A DNA stretch of 63,776 nt, the filler included, from Octopus bimaculoides (Eukaryota): NCBI RefSeq assembly GCF_001194135.2. It is 6 parts of 6 records of this genome, joined end to end, with 100 filler letters (N's around TTAATTAATTAA, not from the genome) between each part and the next. Parts side by side here need not be neighbours in the genome. Positions count along the whole stretch, not along the records: positions 29,357 to 45,629 come from NC_068995.1; positions 45,730 to 56,922 come from NC_068996.1; 4 more parts are not named here. The stretch is one strand, 5' to 3'. A program made the position numbers and the translations under genes. Position 1 is the stretch's first letter. Each line of letters starts with the position of its first letter. The notes under the pieces were generated by a model. That model saw only the letters and a list, made by a program, of their open reading frames with translations. It was not told where the DNA came from and did not search any database. Shown here piece by piece: positions 39,934 to 52,298 of the stretch.

Positions 39934-41176
39934 GTATGCATGTATACTCACAAACATACTTAGAAATGGATGCGTGGGGTTCAATCAATTAATAATATTA
40001 TATATATATTCTATATATATATAAATATACATGCATGTATGGATACAGGACGTCACCAACAGTAAACAACATGAACTACGAAAAGAAATCAGTTGAATAC
40101 GCAAACCACGAGAGAAACAAATGGAAATCAGGACGAGTAACATGAAGAACAACCCTTCATCAGTCGTAGGCTGTCTATCTACCCTTCATTTCAAACATTC
40201 AACGAAAATATGAGTCTTTGAACACAGGTACATCTGTAAGTAATAAAATTAAATTTTGGATTTATGGAGGGTCAAACTTGGAAACAAAAACAGGACAGTG
40301 GAGACGCACAATGAAACCGAAAGAAAACAAACATGGAAGGTCGTTACACCAGGACGAGGGTAAAATAGCGAACGCTGGAGAAATGTTTTCTTTGAAAAGA
40401 GAAAAGATAGAAATGAGAGGTAGAATGCGTCCAGTACTTAGGAAAGTCCTGAAGGAGAAGAAAGATGATCACGAGGTCACGTGTGAGTAATGAGAGAGAG
40501 AGAGAGAGAGAGAGAGGAAGAGGAAGGAGGGAAGAGAGGGAGAGTGACAGATAGAAAACGGTGAAGGGGAGAAAAAACATGTGGGAGAAAAGAGTATAGA
40601 GTAGAGTAGATAAAGTTACTATATATATATATATATATATAGGCGCGGTCCCTTTGCGTGGCACCTTGGGCAAGTGTATTCTATATACCCTTGCGCCGAC
40701 CAAAGCATTGTGAGTGGATTTGGTAGACGGAAACTGAAAGAATCCCATGTGATATACGTGCACACACGCACACATATTTCACGTTAATTTCACTTTATTG
40801 ACAGACCGAGTAAAAGAACAATCATGACAAACGGTTAGAGGAAGATTTGACCATTTTGTTTACTACCCCACTTTCCTCTCCTCACATACATACATACATA
40901 TATACATACATTCATAAATACATACATACATACACATATACATAAATACAAGCATACATGGATGCATGCATACATACATGTAACCAAAAGCAGCTGTTTC
41001 ACAATGCAAATCAATTCGTAGCAATATGTCAATTTTCAGCACAAAACAGTTCTTTCTTGACCAAGACCTCGGAAATCGAATATTTATTACGCTTTGTATT
41101 TCGCTTATTTTGAAAACAATAGGATTCGCAATAGTCAAGATAGAGGGTTAGCTGACGATTTCTACTATAGGTGTAT

Positions 41177-41208
<32 letters not shown>

Positions 41209-41899
41209 CCACACAAACAAACACACACACACACACACATACAACACATATATATATGCATGTATTCAAATACAAGTAAGTAACCTCTTTAAAATAATCA
41301 TTTCTGCAATATGCACAAAGTCTAAAATTTTAGGGTTGGAGTACACGATCCCCAGTGCTCAACTGGTACTTATTTAATCGACCCCAAAAGGATGAAACAG
41401 AAAGTCCACATCGACGGAATTTGAACTCAGACTGTAAAGACGTATGTCAGTTGTTAGAAAGGTCCTCTTAGATGGTTAAGGTTTGTTTTGACCCTTATTT
41501 CTAGCAATGCTGGTCCTGACAAGCACCCTCAGTCACTCTAGTGACGACNNNNNNNNNNNNNNNNNNNNNNNNNNNNNNNNNNNNNNNNNNNNNNNNNNNN
41601 NNNNNNNNNNNNNNNNNNNNNNNNNNNNNNNNNNNNNNNNNNNNNNNNNNNNNNNNNNNNNNNNNNNNNNNNNNNNNNNNNNNNNNNNNNNNNNNNNNNN
41701 NNNNNNNNNNNNNNNNNNNNNNNNNNNNNNNNNNNAAATGAGTACTCAAATATTAGAGGTAGAGTATTATGCTTTATATATAAAGCAGCAGAAATATAAC
41801 AAAAGCTGTTACTGAGAGTTTTACGTCCCCGTTCGTCGCACAGAGTTATTTTAAAATAAAACTGTTCGACAAACGAGAACGTGAAACTCTGAGTAACAG

Positions 41900-42775
41900 C
41901 TTTGTAGAATGTCATCCAGCTCCAGAATCCCTAAATATCTATACCCACTACCGTCGGGTTCAACCATGGTCTCTCCTGATGGTAACCGTAATCATATGCA
42001 GGATGCGTTCTTCTCGCTTTTCATATTAAGAACTGATCATTTGGTAATCCCAAATTCCATACCGATGTCTCTACCACACTTCTGGACTGTTCTGTTTTCG
42101 CTAAGGAATCGGTCTGTTTTTCAGATTTCCCAAACAGGCTCAGGTCATCCATAAACAGAAGATTGTTCAATGATTGGCCTTTCTTCCAACATCGGTAGCC
42201 CATCTTAACTTTCCTAAGTGTGATTGTTATGAACATGAGTGCAATTGCAAATAGTAACGGAGAAAACGAGTCCCCTTGGAAGATTCCCCTCTTAATATTA
42301 ACTTCTCCAAGAAATACATTAATTGAGTACATTTTGGTTTTCCACTCTTTCATGCTGTATACCAGAAAATTTATGAGGCTGTCAGCAACACCAAACATCT
42401 GCAGGCATTCGACGATCAAAAAATGAGGGCTCATATCATATGCCTTCTTAAAGTCAATCCAAGCCATAGACATGTTTGTATGATGTTTTATACAATACCT
42501 CAAAACTGCTTTATCGATGACCAAGTGATCTTTAGTAGAACCCTTCCTACATCCTTTTTGTTCCCTTGGTAGTATTTCTTCCTGTTCCAGAAAGGTATAT
42601 GTCTTAGCCTCACATATTCCAGTGAGTATCTTCCAGATTATGTTTAGGCTTGCAATGAGACGGCGGTTTCCCCAAATATTCCCCTCTCTTCCATCTTTCA
42701 TTGTAAGTGTTGTCCTCCCAGTCACCATGCACGCGGGGACTGCGCCTTTCTGGACATACTCATTCAATTGGGAAT
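41900..42775 (-). mobile_element. R4/Dong-clade reverse transcriptase fragment
   Basis: WKILTGI, LPREQKGCRKGS, AWIDFKKAYD, KRGIFQGDSFSPLLF, LLFMDDL. Confidence 0.9.
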
Positions 42776-43564
42776 GTTCACAGCGAATATATTAGATTAA
42801 CGCTCAGTGAAAGTTTAGATAGAATTAAAAAATACTAGCAGAAATAAGTTTTCGTCATGGCTTTTCGTCGGATGCAGGGAAACTGTCTAGAGAAGATGAA
42901 AATGAGAGAGGAGCAAGGGATATATATATATATATATANNNNNNNNNNNNNNNNNNNNNNNNNNNNNNNNNNNNNNNNNNNNNNNNNNNNNNNNNNNNNN
43001 NNNNNNNNNNNNNNNNNNNNNNNNNNNNNNNNNNNNNNNNNNNNNNNNNNNNNNNNNNNNNNNNNNNNNNNNNNNNNNNNNNNNNNNNNNNNNNNNNNNN
43101 NNNNNNNNNNNNNNNNNNNNNNNNNNNNNNNNNNNNNNNNNNNNNNNNNNNNNNNNNNNNNNNNNNNNNNNNNNNNNNNNNNNNNNNNNNNNNNNNNNNN
43201 NNNNNNNNNNNNNNNNNNNNNNNNNNNNNNNNNNNNNNNNNNNNNNNNNNNNNNNNNNNNNNNNNNNNNNNNNNNNNNNNNNNNNNNNNNNNNNNNNNNN
43301 NNNNNNNNNNNNNNNNNNNNNNNNNNNNNNNNNNNNNNNNNNNNNNNNNNNNNNNNNNNNNNNNNNNNNNNNNNNNNNNNNNNNNNNNNNNNNNNNNNNN
43401 NNNNNNNNNNNNNNNNNNNNNNNNNNNNNNNNNNNNNNNNNNNNNNNNNNNNNNNNNNNNNNNNNNNNNNNNNNNNNNNNNNNNNNNNNNNNNNNNNNNN
43501 NNNNNNGCACATACATACACACACACACACTCACACTCACACATACACACATATATATAATGCT

Positions 43565-44176
43565 AAAAGTCAGAGATTGTTTGCTTGCGTGCTTGTCTGG
43601 AGTTATTGGAATTATTGGAGTTATTACCCTTTACTAGGAACACCTGGAGAGCTTTGTTTGCGAGCTTGCTTGTGTTCGTGCTTGACTGTAATTTAGCACA
43701 GCCAAAGCGATGCATAGTGTTAAAATATTCTGAAAGTGGGGTGTTCCTGAAATGGGAATACAAACAGAATAAGACATGTTTCGCGTAAATCGAGCCATGG
43801 GTTCTCGAGATACGCGGCTTCTTCGAGTACCGTTATGATCGTCTGCTTGCGTGCATGCTTGCATGCGCGCTTGACTGTAATTAAATACAGCCAAACGGGC
43901 CTATACTTTGGAACTAAGGTATCATTGTGTATACAAATGGAATAAAACAGGTTTCGCGTGAATTCAGGCCACGAGTTACCAAGATACGCGTTGTTTCTGG
44001 TACCATTATAAATAGCCAAACCGGCACACAATGGGAAGATACTTTTGAATGTAAGGTACCATTGAAATGTGAATACAAACGGAATAAAACAAGTATCGCG
44101 AAAATTGGACCACGGGTTCCCGATTTTTTCAATTTCCCTTGAACTACTGGTGACCCAACCGGTCACGGATAATCTA

Positions 44177-44178
<2 letters not shown>
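43565..44178 (+). mobile_element. Non-autonomous Helitron-like element with internal diverged repeats
   Basis: 3' hairpin GTGACC-caacc-GGTCAC followed by CTAG|T at 44174-44178; recurring gaatacaaac.gaataa.aca..tttcgcg and cttgactgtaatt units. Confidence 0.7.
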
Positions 44179-44232
<54 letters not shown>

Positions 44233-45074
44233 ACGTGTGAAATTTGACTGATGACATCCGTTGCTGCTGTTCAGCGTAGGAGACGTAGAGATAGAGGGCT
44301 TGCTAAGAGATATATGCGGGGGAGAAATTTATATATTTATATAAGTATGAGGGTAAAAAATTAAAATGATTTATTACCAGTTGTTCGCATGCTTAATAAA
44401 AGACTTAAGACAAAATATTTTTATAAAAACAGTGTATAAAGATTTATACACGGAGTGAAGACCCTTGACAGGACTTCTTAATGCTAAAAAGAGCAGTTGA
44501 ACCCAAACCACGAAAAAAAGGAACTCTAACCGTAACCCTTCACGCATGCTGCTAATATGCACTATAGTGAATAAAAAAAATAGTTAAGCCTATACTCGAA
44601 TTTCGTTATTAATGACCAAATAACTTAATTTTGTATCTGTAGCTCGTCAATAGGATCGCTAAGGCATGCATAATAAGGTAGCTATAATAAGTACCGAAAA
44701 CACAAGGCAAACACATGCGCAAGACAGCTCCATCTTTACTTCGGTTGATGTAATCCATTTATCTCCTACCCCGAAATTACTGGACTAGTGTCAACATTTG
44801 ATATCAATATATTGTATCCATCTATACACATGCGTCTCTATGTGTTTTTGATGTGTATTTGCAGTGGGCTAATGCATAGAAATAATGTATTTCGAAAGTG
44901 TGATATTTGTGGTCAGAGAATTTCTATGAGCTCACTTATTCATTTTCAAGCGGATGTTTTCTAGCTTAAAACTTTACCAAGATTAAAATATCTACTGTTT
45001 CTATATAATACCAAATCTGTATTTGCCACTACCGTCTCGACAGCTGTTTGGTTCCTCTGTCAGCAACTTATCTA

Positions 45075-45350
45075 TACATACGAGGTTGTGCTGAAAAGTT
45101 CCTGGTTTGGGGTAAGACAATACAGGAGGACCAGTGAATTATGATTTTAATCAAAATATATTTTACCTCCCAGATTCACATACATATTGCAGCGGCCCTT
45201 CTGGTTTTCCCAACCTTATAAATGAACTCGGAAGTTTGGATTTTGAAGTAGCCTTTCGTGATACCCTTAAAGCCAAGAACATTTCAGCACACCCATCATA
45301 TAAATATTTTGAGCAATCAATGTCTAAAAAAAAAGAACGATAATATCTTT
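45075..45350. mobile_element. Mariner terminal fragment
   Basis: TA-CGAGGTTGTGCTGAAAAGTTCCTGG resembles mariner terminal repeats (recalled, not searched). Confidence 0.55.
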
Positions 45351-45729
45351 ATTCCACTCATAGCTTTGATTGTTCTCTTTCGGGCTCAAATAAGTGTTCC
45401 AAAATATATAATGGTTACATTATGTGCTTAGTTCTTAATTCGTTATTCGTAACTAATCACTCTCAACAATTCCTATAATGCAAGCGCATTTCCTAGTATT
45501 ATTATCTCTTATTGTCTCCCGACCTAATTCCATTCTATGTGTGTTTCCCTCAAAACTAAATCTTATGACTATCTAGAACTTCACTTTTTATAGTTACCTC
45601 CTCCCACTTATATATATATATATATATATNNNNNNNNNNNNNNNNNNNNNNNNNNNNNNNNNNNNNNNNNNNNTTAATTAATTAANNNNNNNNNNNNNNN
45701 NNNNNNNNNNNNNNNNNNNNNNNNNNNNN

Positions 45730-45900
45730 AGAGGAGCAGGATGGAGGGGTGATAGATAAGAGGAAATGGGAGACGGGCAACGGCGGGGATGGAGAGTAGA
45801 GTTACGGTCCACGGAGTGTGCTCTGGCAAAAATTGTATGGATAGTGGTGAGGGGATATCCACGAGGGTTGAAGTGTCAAGCCATGAGTTGACAGAATCGC
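45730..45900 (-). mobile_element. Penelope-like RT C-terminal fragment
   Basis: QLMA*HFNPRGYPLTTIHTIFARAHSVDR, and in a shifted frame RLPFPLIYHPS. Confidence 0.6.
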
Positions 45901-46559
45901 ATACATGTATGTGTGTGTGTATATATATATATATAAAATATAATAAGAGTGAAAAAACTACAGAAGGCTTGTGTTACATGGTTAAAGTATATATTTAAAT
46001 TATGTCAGAAAAATGTAAGAAAAATGTTAGAAAAATGTTATAAAATCTTTTTGGTATATAAACATTGTATTTTGAGAAATAACCGGTTTCGTGTTGCCTT
46101 TTCAAATTTCTCTACTTCATTGTGTCGTGTTCGTTCCAGTCTATATATATATATATGTATGTATGTATTTATATATGTAGGTGTGTATGTATATATGTAT
46201 AGTCTACTTCTATATCGAAATATGAACGTTCCTTGTGTTACACGTGCTGATTCGAAGCAACCGTATTTTCATTTTGTGGAATGAAGTTTGATGCTGTCTA
46301 TAAAAAGTTTTATTGTTATATTGGACGGACGTTTGTGAAGCGTGATCGTTGGATAAAACATAGCCACATGATTGAATTTAGAAACAAAAAAATGTATTAT
46401 ACTGCGAACAGAAAACATAGCGAAGTATTCATTAAAAAATTTTTTTATTACACTGTATATTTTCCTTGTGAACCCTATTTGAATATTCCATATTGAAAGT
46501 TATTCTTTATGAATTTTCTGCTGTATTAATGTGATATTGTTTCTGTTTCAGATAATATA

Positions 46560-47540
46560 TAGACTAATTTTTTTCCCATTATTTGGTGGCTAAAAATTGT
46601 TTGCAAAGAACTCCAGTTAATGTCAGCTGAGACCCCAAAATGAACGAAAACTGAAGTATACCATGATGAAAAATCTCTATGCAATGAGTAGTAAGAATTT
46701 TGAAGTAGCTGGCATCAACAATGTGCCAAAAAGCACCCGAAAAAGCTTATTTAAGAATGACTGGTAGTGTCAAAAAGATGGAAATTTTAACACCCCTTTC
46801 GAAAGACCAACGTGTGAAAAACTTGGCATGTGCAGAAAAGTATATAGAACAGAATTCTCCCGATGTACTTTGGACAGTCAAGTGTAGAGCGACACTGGGT
46901 TGTCCCGACGTTTGAGGAGGCGACAAGAAGGACTGGATTGCTTGGAAACAAAATAGTTGGTCCTCTCAGAGTTGCATAAGGAGTTAAAATAAATTCTGTA
47001 AACTATTGTCAATTTCTGAGAGATAATTTCCTTCCTTGGTATCAGAGTCAATCGGCAGAGAAAAGAGCATTGAATTTTTTCATGAAGGACACGCTACAAA
47101 GTATTCTATGAAATGTCTGAATGGTCACGACATCTTGGAATCCAATATTATGATTTGGCCCTTATATAGTCCTAACCTTAACCCGACAGAGAATTTTTGA
47201 TCCATCATTAAGGGAAAAGTTTATGCGAATTGTAAGCAATATTCCAGCTTAGATGAACTTAGGAGAGCAAAATGTGATGCTTGTTATAGTGTTCTAATGC
47301 AGCAACTACAAAATCCTGTCTCTTCAGTTGATAAGAAGCTTTTGGAACTGATTAGAAAGAAAGGAGGTCGTATTATTGAATATTATCATTTGTTACTATG
47401 CATTTTTTGTTCAACTTTGTAAAATATTATACAACGGTATAGTGTATCTCAAATAAATACGAATAAGCATGTTCAAATAAGCGTTTATTTAGTTTTAAAA
47501 TGATTTATTTTGCATTTGAAAACTCATTTTGGTCAGTATT
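46560..47540 (+). mobile_element. Decayed Tc1-like transposase copy with internal deletion
   Basis: PLSKDQRVKNLACAEKYIEQNSPDVLWTVKCRATLGCPD; IMIWPLYSPNLNPTENF*SIIKGKVYAN; KKGG; cattttggtcagtatt terminal repeat near 47525. Confidence 0.8.
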
Positions 47541-47599
47541 TAACCGTCCATCCATCTTATTTGTCGAATTATCTTTAAATTGATAAAACTGACAAGTTG

Positions 47600-48320
47600 T
47601 TCTCGGTACTTTAATTTACAATAGAATCGTCTATGTACTGATTAACACTTCGATTCATTATTTGCCTAGCTCTTTTTATAACACCGGTTCTTTACAAATG
47701 CATACTCTTTTTGTTCGCAGTGTAAATGTTACGGGATTTATTTTGTTATTTATATTTTATTTGAGAACATATAATATGATGCATAGAAGAAAACATAATA
47801 CCTTTCAATCATATGAAGTCCGACGCTCAAGAGGTGGAATAGCCAGGGAAACACAAGTAGAAAGACAGGATTGCTTGCAATCTGAGAGACAACAAAATGC
47901 TATGGAGACACTAGAGCAACAAGAAGTACAACTCCATTGTGAAATAACAAGGGAAGCCCCCTTGAAGGAACAAGAAACATCACAGCCGAAGTTTCAAGCC
48001 GATAGACAATTCCGCTCGACGAAACACGAGACATCATAGCAGAAACGACCAAGGTTGGGACCACAAGCCGATAGAGAAGCCCACTTAAGAGAAATGGTGT
48101 TAAAAGGACAACTTAAAAGTAACGCAGCTAGAAATGCCTACTCCACAGAAGAGGAAACATCAGAGCAACGACCATGCAAGCTGGAATATTAAGCTTCTTC
48201 TCGTGGTGAGTGGCAACTAGCAACCTTTAACTAGATCTGACGAATGGGCATTACGATTGATGTCTTATAAATGCGTTTCAGTATAGTACAGATCGGGATG
48301 AGGGCCGGGCAACCACTAGT
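47600..48320 (+). mobile_element. Helitron-derived internally deleted element (N-terminal charged repeats plus 3' end)
   Basis: RETQVERQDCLQSERQQNAMETLEQQE...EETSEQR repeats; ends gccgggcaaccaCTAG|T. Confidence 0.5.
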
Positions 48321-48591
48321 TCTGAATATTTTTTTCAAAAGCAAACACATGGTGTGCACCAACCTCTGGTGATAATCATTTGTTTAACGTCACTAACGAA
48401 ACATCAATGACCATGCAAAAAGTAATGGAAGTCGCACCTTGTATATACATGTATATGTATGGGAATAAATGTATCTACACAGACACACATACACACACAC
48501 ACACACATACACACACATATATGCGCATATTTTTGTATATATATACACGTACGAATATGTATATATATGAATATATATATATATATATATG

Positions 48592-48657
<66 letters not shown>

Positions 48658-49021
48658 TACACACATACACACACAGACACGCGCTATACAAACTTTAGAT
48701 TAGTTAAGACATGTTTGGGACATACTTCAACCTCTAAAGTCAGAATCACGACTGTTATTGTAGTGAAAAGGCCTCTCTTATGGTGAAAGCCATTAAAACA
48801 CCACTGTTACTCCCTGTCAGGTTCCAAGATGTAGCGTTTTTATCTGTCTATGCGTTAACAAAGGAAAATACCGAAGAGAGGCAACTCTGGGCAGATTCGG
48901 AACCATAGATTTAACTAAAATACAGTCAATGACATTGACTGTGTTACGCTATTACGAGTTGTGTCAGGTCGGGAGACATTCAACGGTATTAGCGCAAAAC
49001 GGTGTTTACGTATAATCGAAC

Positions 49022-49311
49022 TTAGGTTAGTTAAACCATGTTTGTGACGTATTTCAATTTCTAAAGGCAGATTTACTGCAGTTACCGTGAAGAAATCTGT
49101 CGAATCTACCCAACACCGAATCTGCCCAGTGTTGCATCTGTCGGATTCCCAGATGCAGCGTTTCTAGCTCATCAGCCGTTATCTTTTGCTTCTCTTCCGT
49201 ATTTCCCACTGATAACCAGAAGAGAAATTTTCTTTATGGTAACTGCAGTGAATTTATCTTTAGAAATTGAAATATGTCACAAATATGCTTTAACTAACCT
49301 AAAATTCACCT
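49022..49311. mobile_element. MITE of the 6621 family with a foreign interior
   Basis: ttaggttagttaaaccatgtttgtgacgtatttcaatttctaaagg..actgcagttacc versus ggtaactgcagtgaa..ctttagaaattgaaatatgtcacaaatatgctttaactaacctaa. Confidence 0.75.
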
Positions 49312-50939
49312 ATGCTTTAACACTGTTTGACGCTGATATTACTGTCACATGTGTGTGTGTGTGTCCATACATAAATACATATATACATACACACACACAT
49401 AGGTACTTGGGTGGCGTTGTGATAAAAAGTTGCGGGTTCAGTCCTACTGCTGGGCAGGTGTCTTCACCTATATCCATGAGCCCACCAAAGCTTTGTGAGT
49501 AGATTTGGTTAACAGAAAGTGAAAGCCCATTATGTATAAATGTGTGTGTGTGTGTGTCCTTGTGCCTGTGTTTGTCCCCGTTCCCAGCTTGACAGCCCCT
49601 GTTTATTATGTTTACGTCACCATAACTTTGCGATTTAAGTGGCCGATAGAATAAGAACAAAGCTTTAAAAAGTGTATTGGAATCGATTCGTTCGACTAAA
49701 ATTCTTCTAGGCAGTGCCCTAGCATGGCCGCACTCTAATGACTGATACAAGAAAAAAAAAAGAAAAATACGCAAACACTTATATGAATGAGTAAACAGGC
49801 ACGCCTGTGCGCGCGCGAACGTGTTTACAAACATTTTGCCTAAACAAGAACTGATATATTCGTGTGCTTGCTGTCTTTTATGAGGACAATCAATTTTATG
49901 ACATACTAAAGTGTCAGAAGCGGTCACATTTTTCTTTTTATCATCTAGTTGTCACTTCTATATCTCTATCTTCAACTCTCACCTCCACCCACTAATGCAC
50001 GTCATTCAACGTCATTCTAGTGGTGCTCTCTTTTTGTTTGTTTCTTCTTTTATTGTATTGTTGTTTTATTATCCTGCCTCCCTCTCTACTGTTTACGACG
50101 ATTTTCGCATGCATCATAATGTTTAACACAAAGTACAACGTGTCAGTATGAGAATTTATTTGCTTAGCAAGATGAGACAGGCCGACATGAATGGAATGAT
50201 GGAACATATACGCACACATACATACACATACATACACACATAGTCACACACAAACACATATTGTGAATATTTGTATAAGAATGTATGTATGTACGTATGT
50301 TTGTATGTATATGCATGTATGTACATATGTATACGTCTCTCATTCTCTCTCTCTCTCAATATATATATATGTATTTATAGATATGCACACACACACACAC
50401 ACATATGTATATTTATAACTATGCACACACACACACTCACACACATACACACACATACACATATGAATATGTTATATATACTAGATACACAAACACAAGC
50501 ACATACACACACATAATGGGGTGGGTGGTGTGGTTTTATTTTTGTTTTGTTTGCGATGAGGTTTCATATGTTGGTTTCCTTTCTTTTATCTTTCAAATAT
50601 GTCGGTTCGACCTTTACGGAAGTGCTACTGAAGAAATAGAATATATTTCAGACATTTTTTTTTATATATACATTTTGTATGTTTTTATGAGAGAAAGAAA
50701 CGTAAAAGTAAAAAAAAAAATTAATGATACAATGAAAAAAATAAAATTTAAAAACGAGAAGCAGAAATGATAGAAGTCAAATCACTACCAACGCAACGAC
50801 AACATATGGTTTATGATGTCAATATGACAAAACGATGCGATATGTTCGACATATGCGTGAATCCGTGTTTTCGTTTGTGTGCGCTTGCGCAGCTCTGTCT
50901 TCTGATTTCTCTTTCTTTTTTTTCTCTTATACACATGTG

Positions 50940-50987
<48 letters not shown>

Positions 50988-51529
50988 TGTGTTAGTGTGT
51001 GAGTGTGTATGTGTGTGGGGGGTGTATGTGTGCAAGCTTATGTGTGAATTCGTTTGTATATGTGTATCTACACGCTTATGTATAAATCTTTGTGTGTATT
51101 TCTGCATGAGCTTACATGCACATAATTAGGAGTAACTTATAAAATGTAATTATGATAATGATAAGGCGAACGTTGGCACGATATTATCGTCTACAATAAT
51201 TCTATCTTTATTGGCTGCAAGGTCCGCGCAGAAAGGCCTCGGACACCTCCAATCGCCAAGCGCCCTTTTGGACGGCAACACTCTACACTTCATTCACTCT
51301 GACCTATGGTGCATGCTCAAAGTAGACTCATTCACACAAGCCATCCACACCGCATTCACTTGCATTTCAACAAGTGAGCGTCGATAAGGGACGAGCACCT
51401 GCAGAACAGTTTAATTAGCGGTGGCCTTCATTGCTGAAATCCCTGAAAAGTGGATAAGGGGCTCGTCGAGTACATGGACCCTAGTGCTTAATAACAACAA
51501 CAACAACAACAATAATAATAATAATAATA

Positions 51530-51567
<38 letters not shown>

Positions 51568-51771
51568 GCCACAGCAAATATNNNNNNNNNNNNNNNNNNN
51601 NNNNNNNNNNNNNNNNNNNNNNNNNNNNNNNNNNNNNNNNNNNNNNNNNNNNNNNNNNNNNNNNNNNNNNNNNNNNNNNNNNNNNNNNNNNNNNNNNNNN
51701 NNNNNNNNNNNNNNNNNNNNNNNNNNNNNNNNNTAACAACAACAACAACAACAATAATAATAATAATAATA

Positions 51772-51804
<33 letters not shown>

Positions 51805-51809
<5 letters not shown>

Positions 51810-52295
51810 GCCACAGCAAATATTTTGCAGGCTACAGCAAATTTTCTGCTCAATACCACAGATTTGCTTGTCACTTGTTCGACATTAACCAGTTGAGCAT
51901 GTCCCTTGGTGGCTGACGATATGTGCATCTCTGATCATGAGCAGAAGTAGTGGGGGGAGTATCATAGCCATTTGTTGAGAAGAATTCTTGAGGTTTGGGT
52001 AATTCACCTTTGGAAACATGGGTGTTTCATTCATGATCCTTAAACAAACCTTATTCAAGGACCATTGAGCGGGATGGGTTACTCGACCTGAAGAATATTC
52101 TAACTGGGCCCCACCTGCAAGGTCATACGCTGTTTATTTTCATATGAGATCACCATGTCATGCACATATGGTTGTGATGCATGTGCCTAATGTCCCCTTA
52201 TCAGTCGGGTAGTCATGATGGGTATATTGGGCTACGTATATTTTACGCGTGCCATTTTGATGGCATGAACTGCTCTCTCACTCAATAATAATAAT
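51805..52295. repeat. About 480-bp interspersed repeat bounded by (AAT)n tracts
   Basis: Non-coding block of higher GC between two (AAT)n runs; family assignment from recall only. Confidence 0.4.
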
Positions 52296-52298
52296 AAT

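Noticed and set aside
42840-42880. Minus-strand CCGACGAAAAGCCATGACGAAAAC, faintly hammerhead-like
   Set aside because: Stems do not pair; cannot be supported from this copy.
49145-49178. Minus-strand CTGATGAGCTAGAAAC
   Set aside because: No stem II or stem I pairing; treated as chance.
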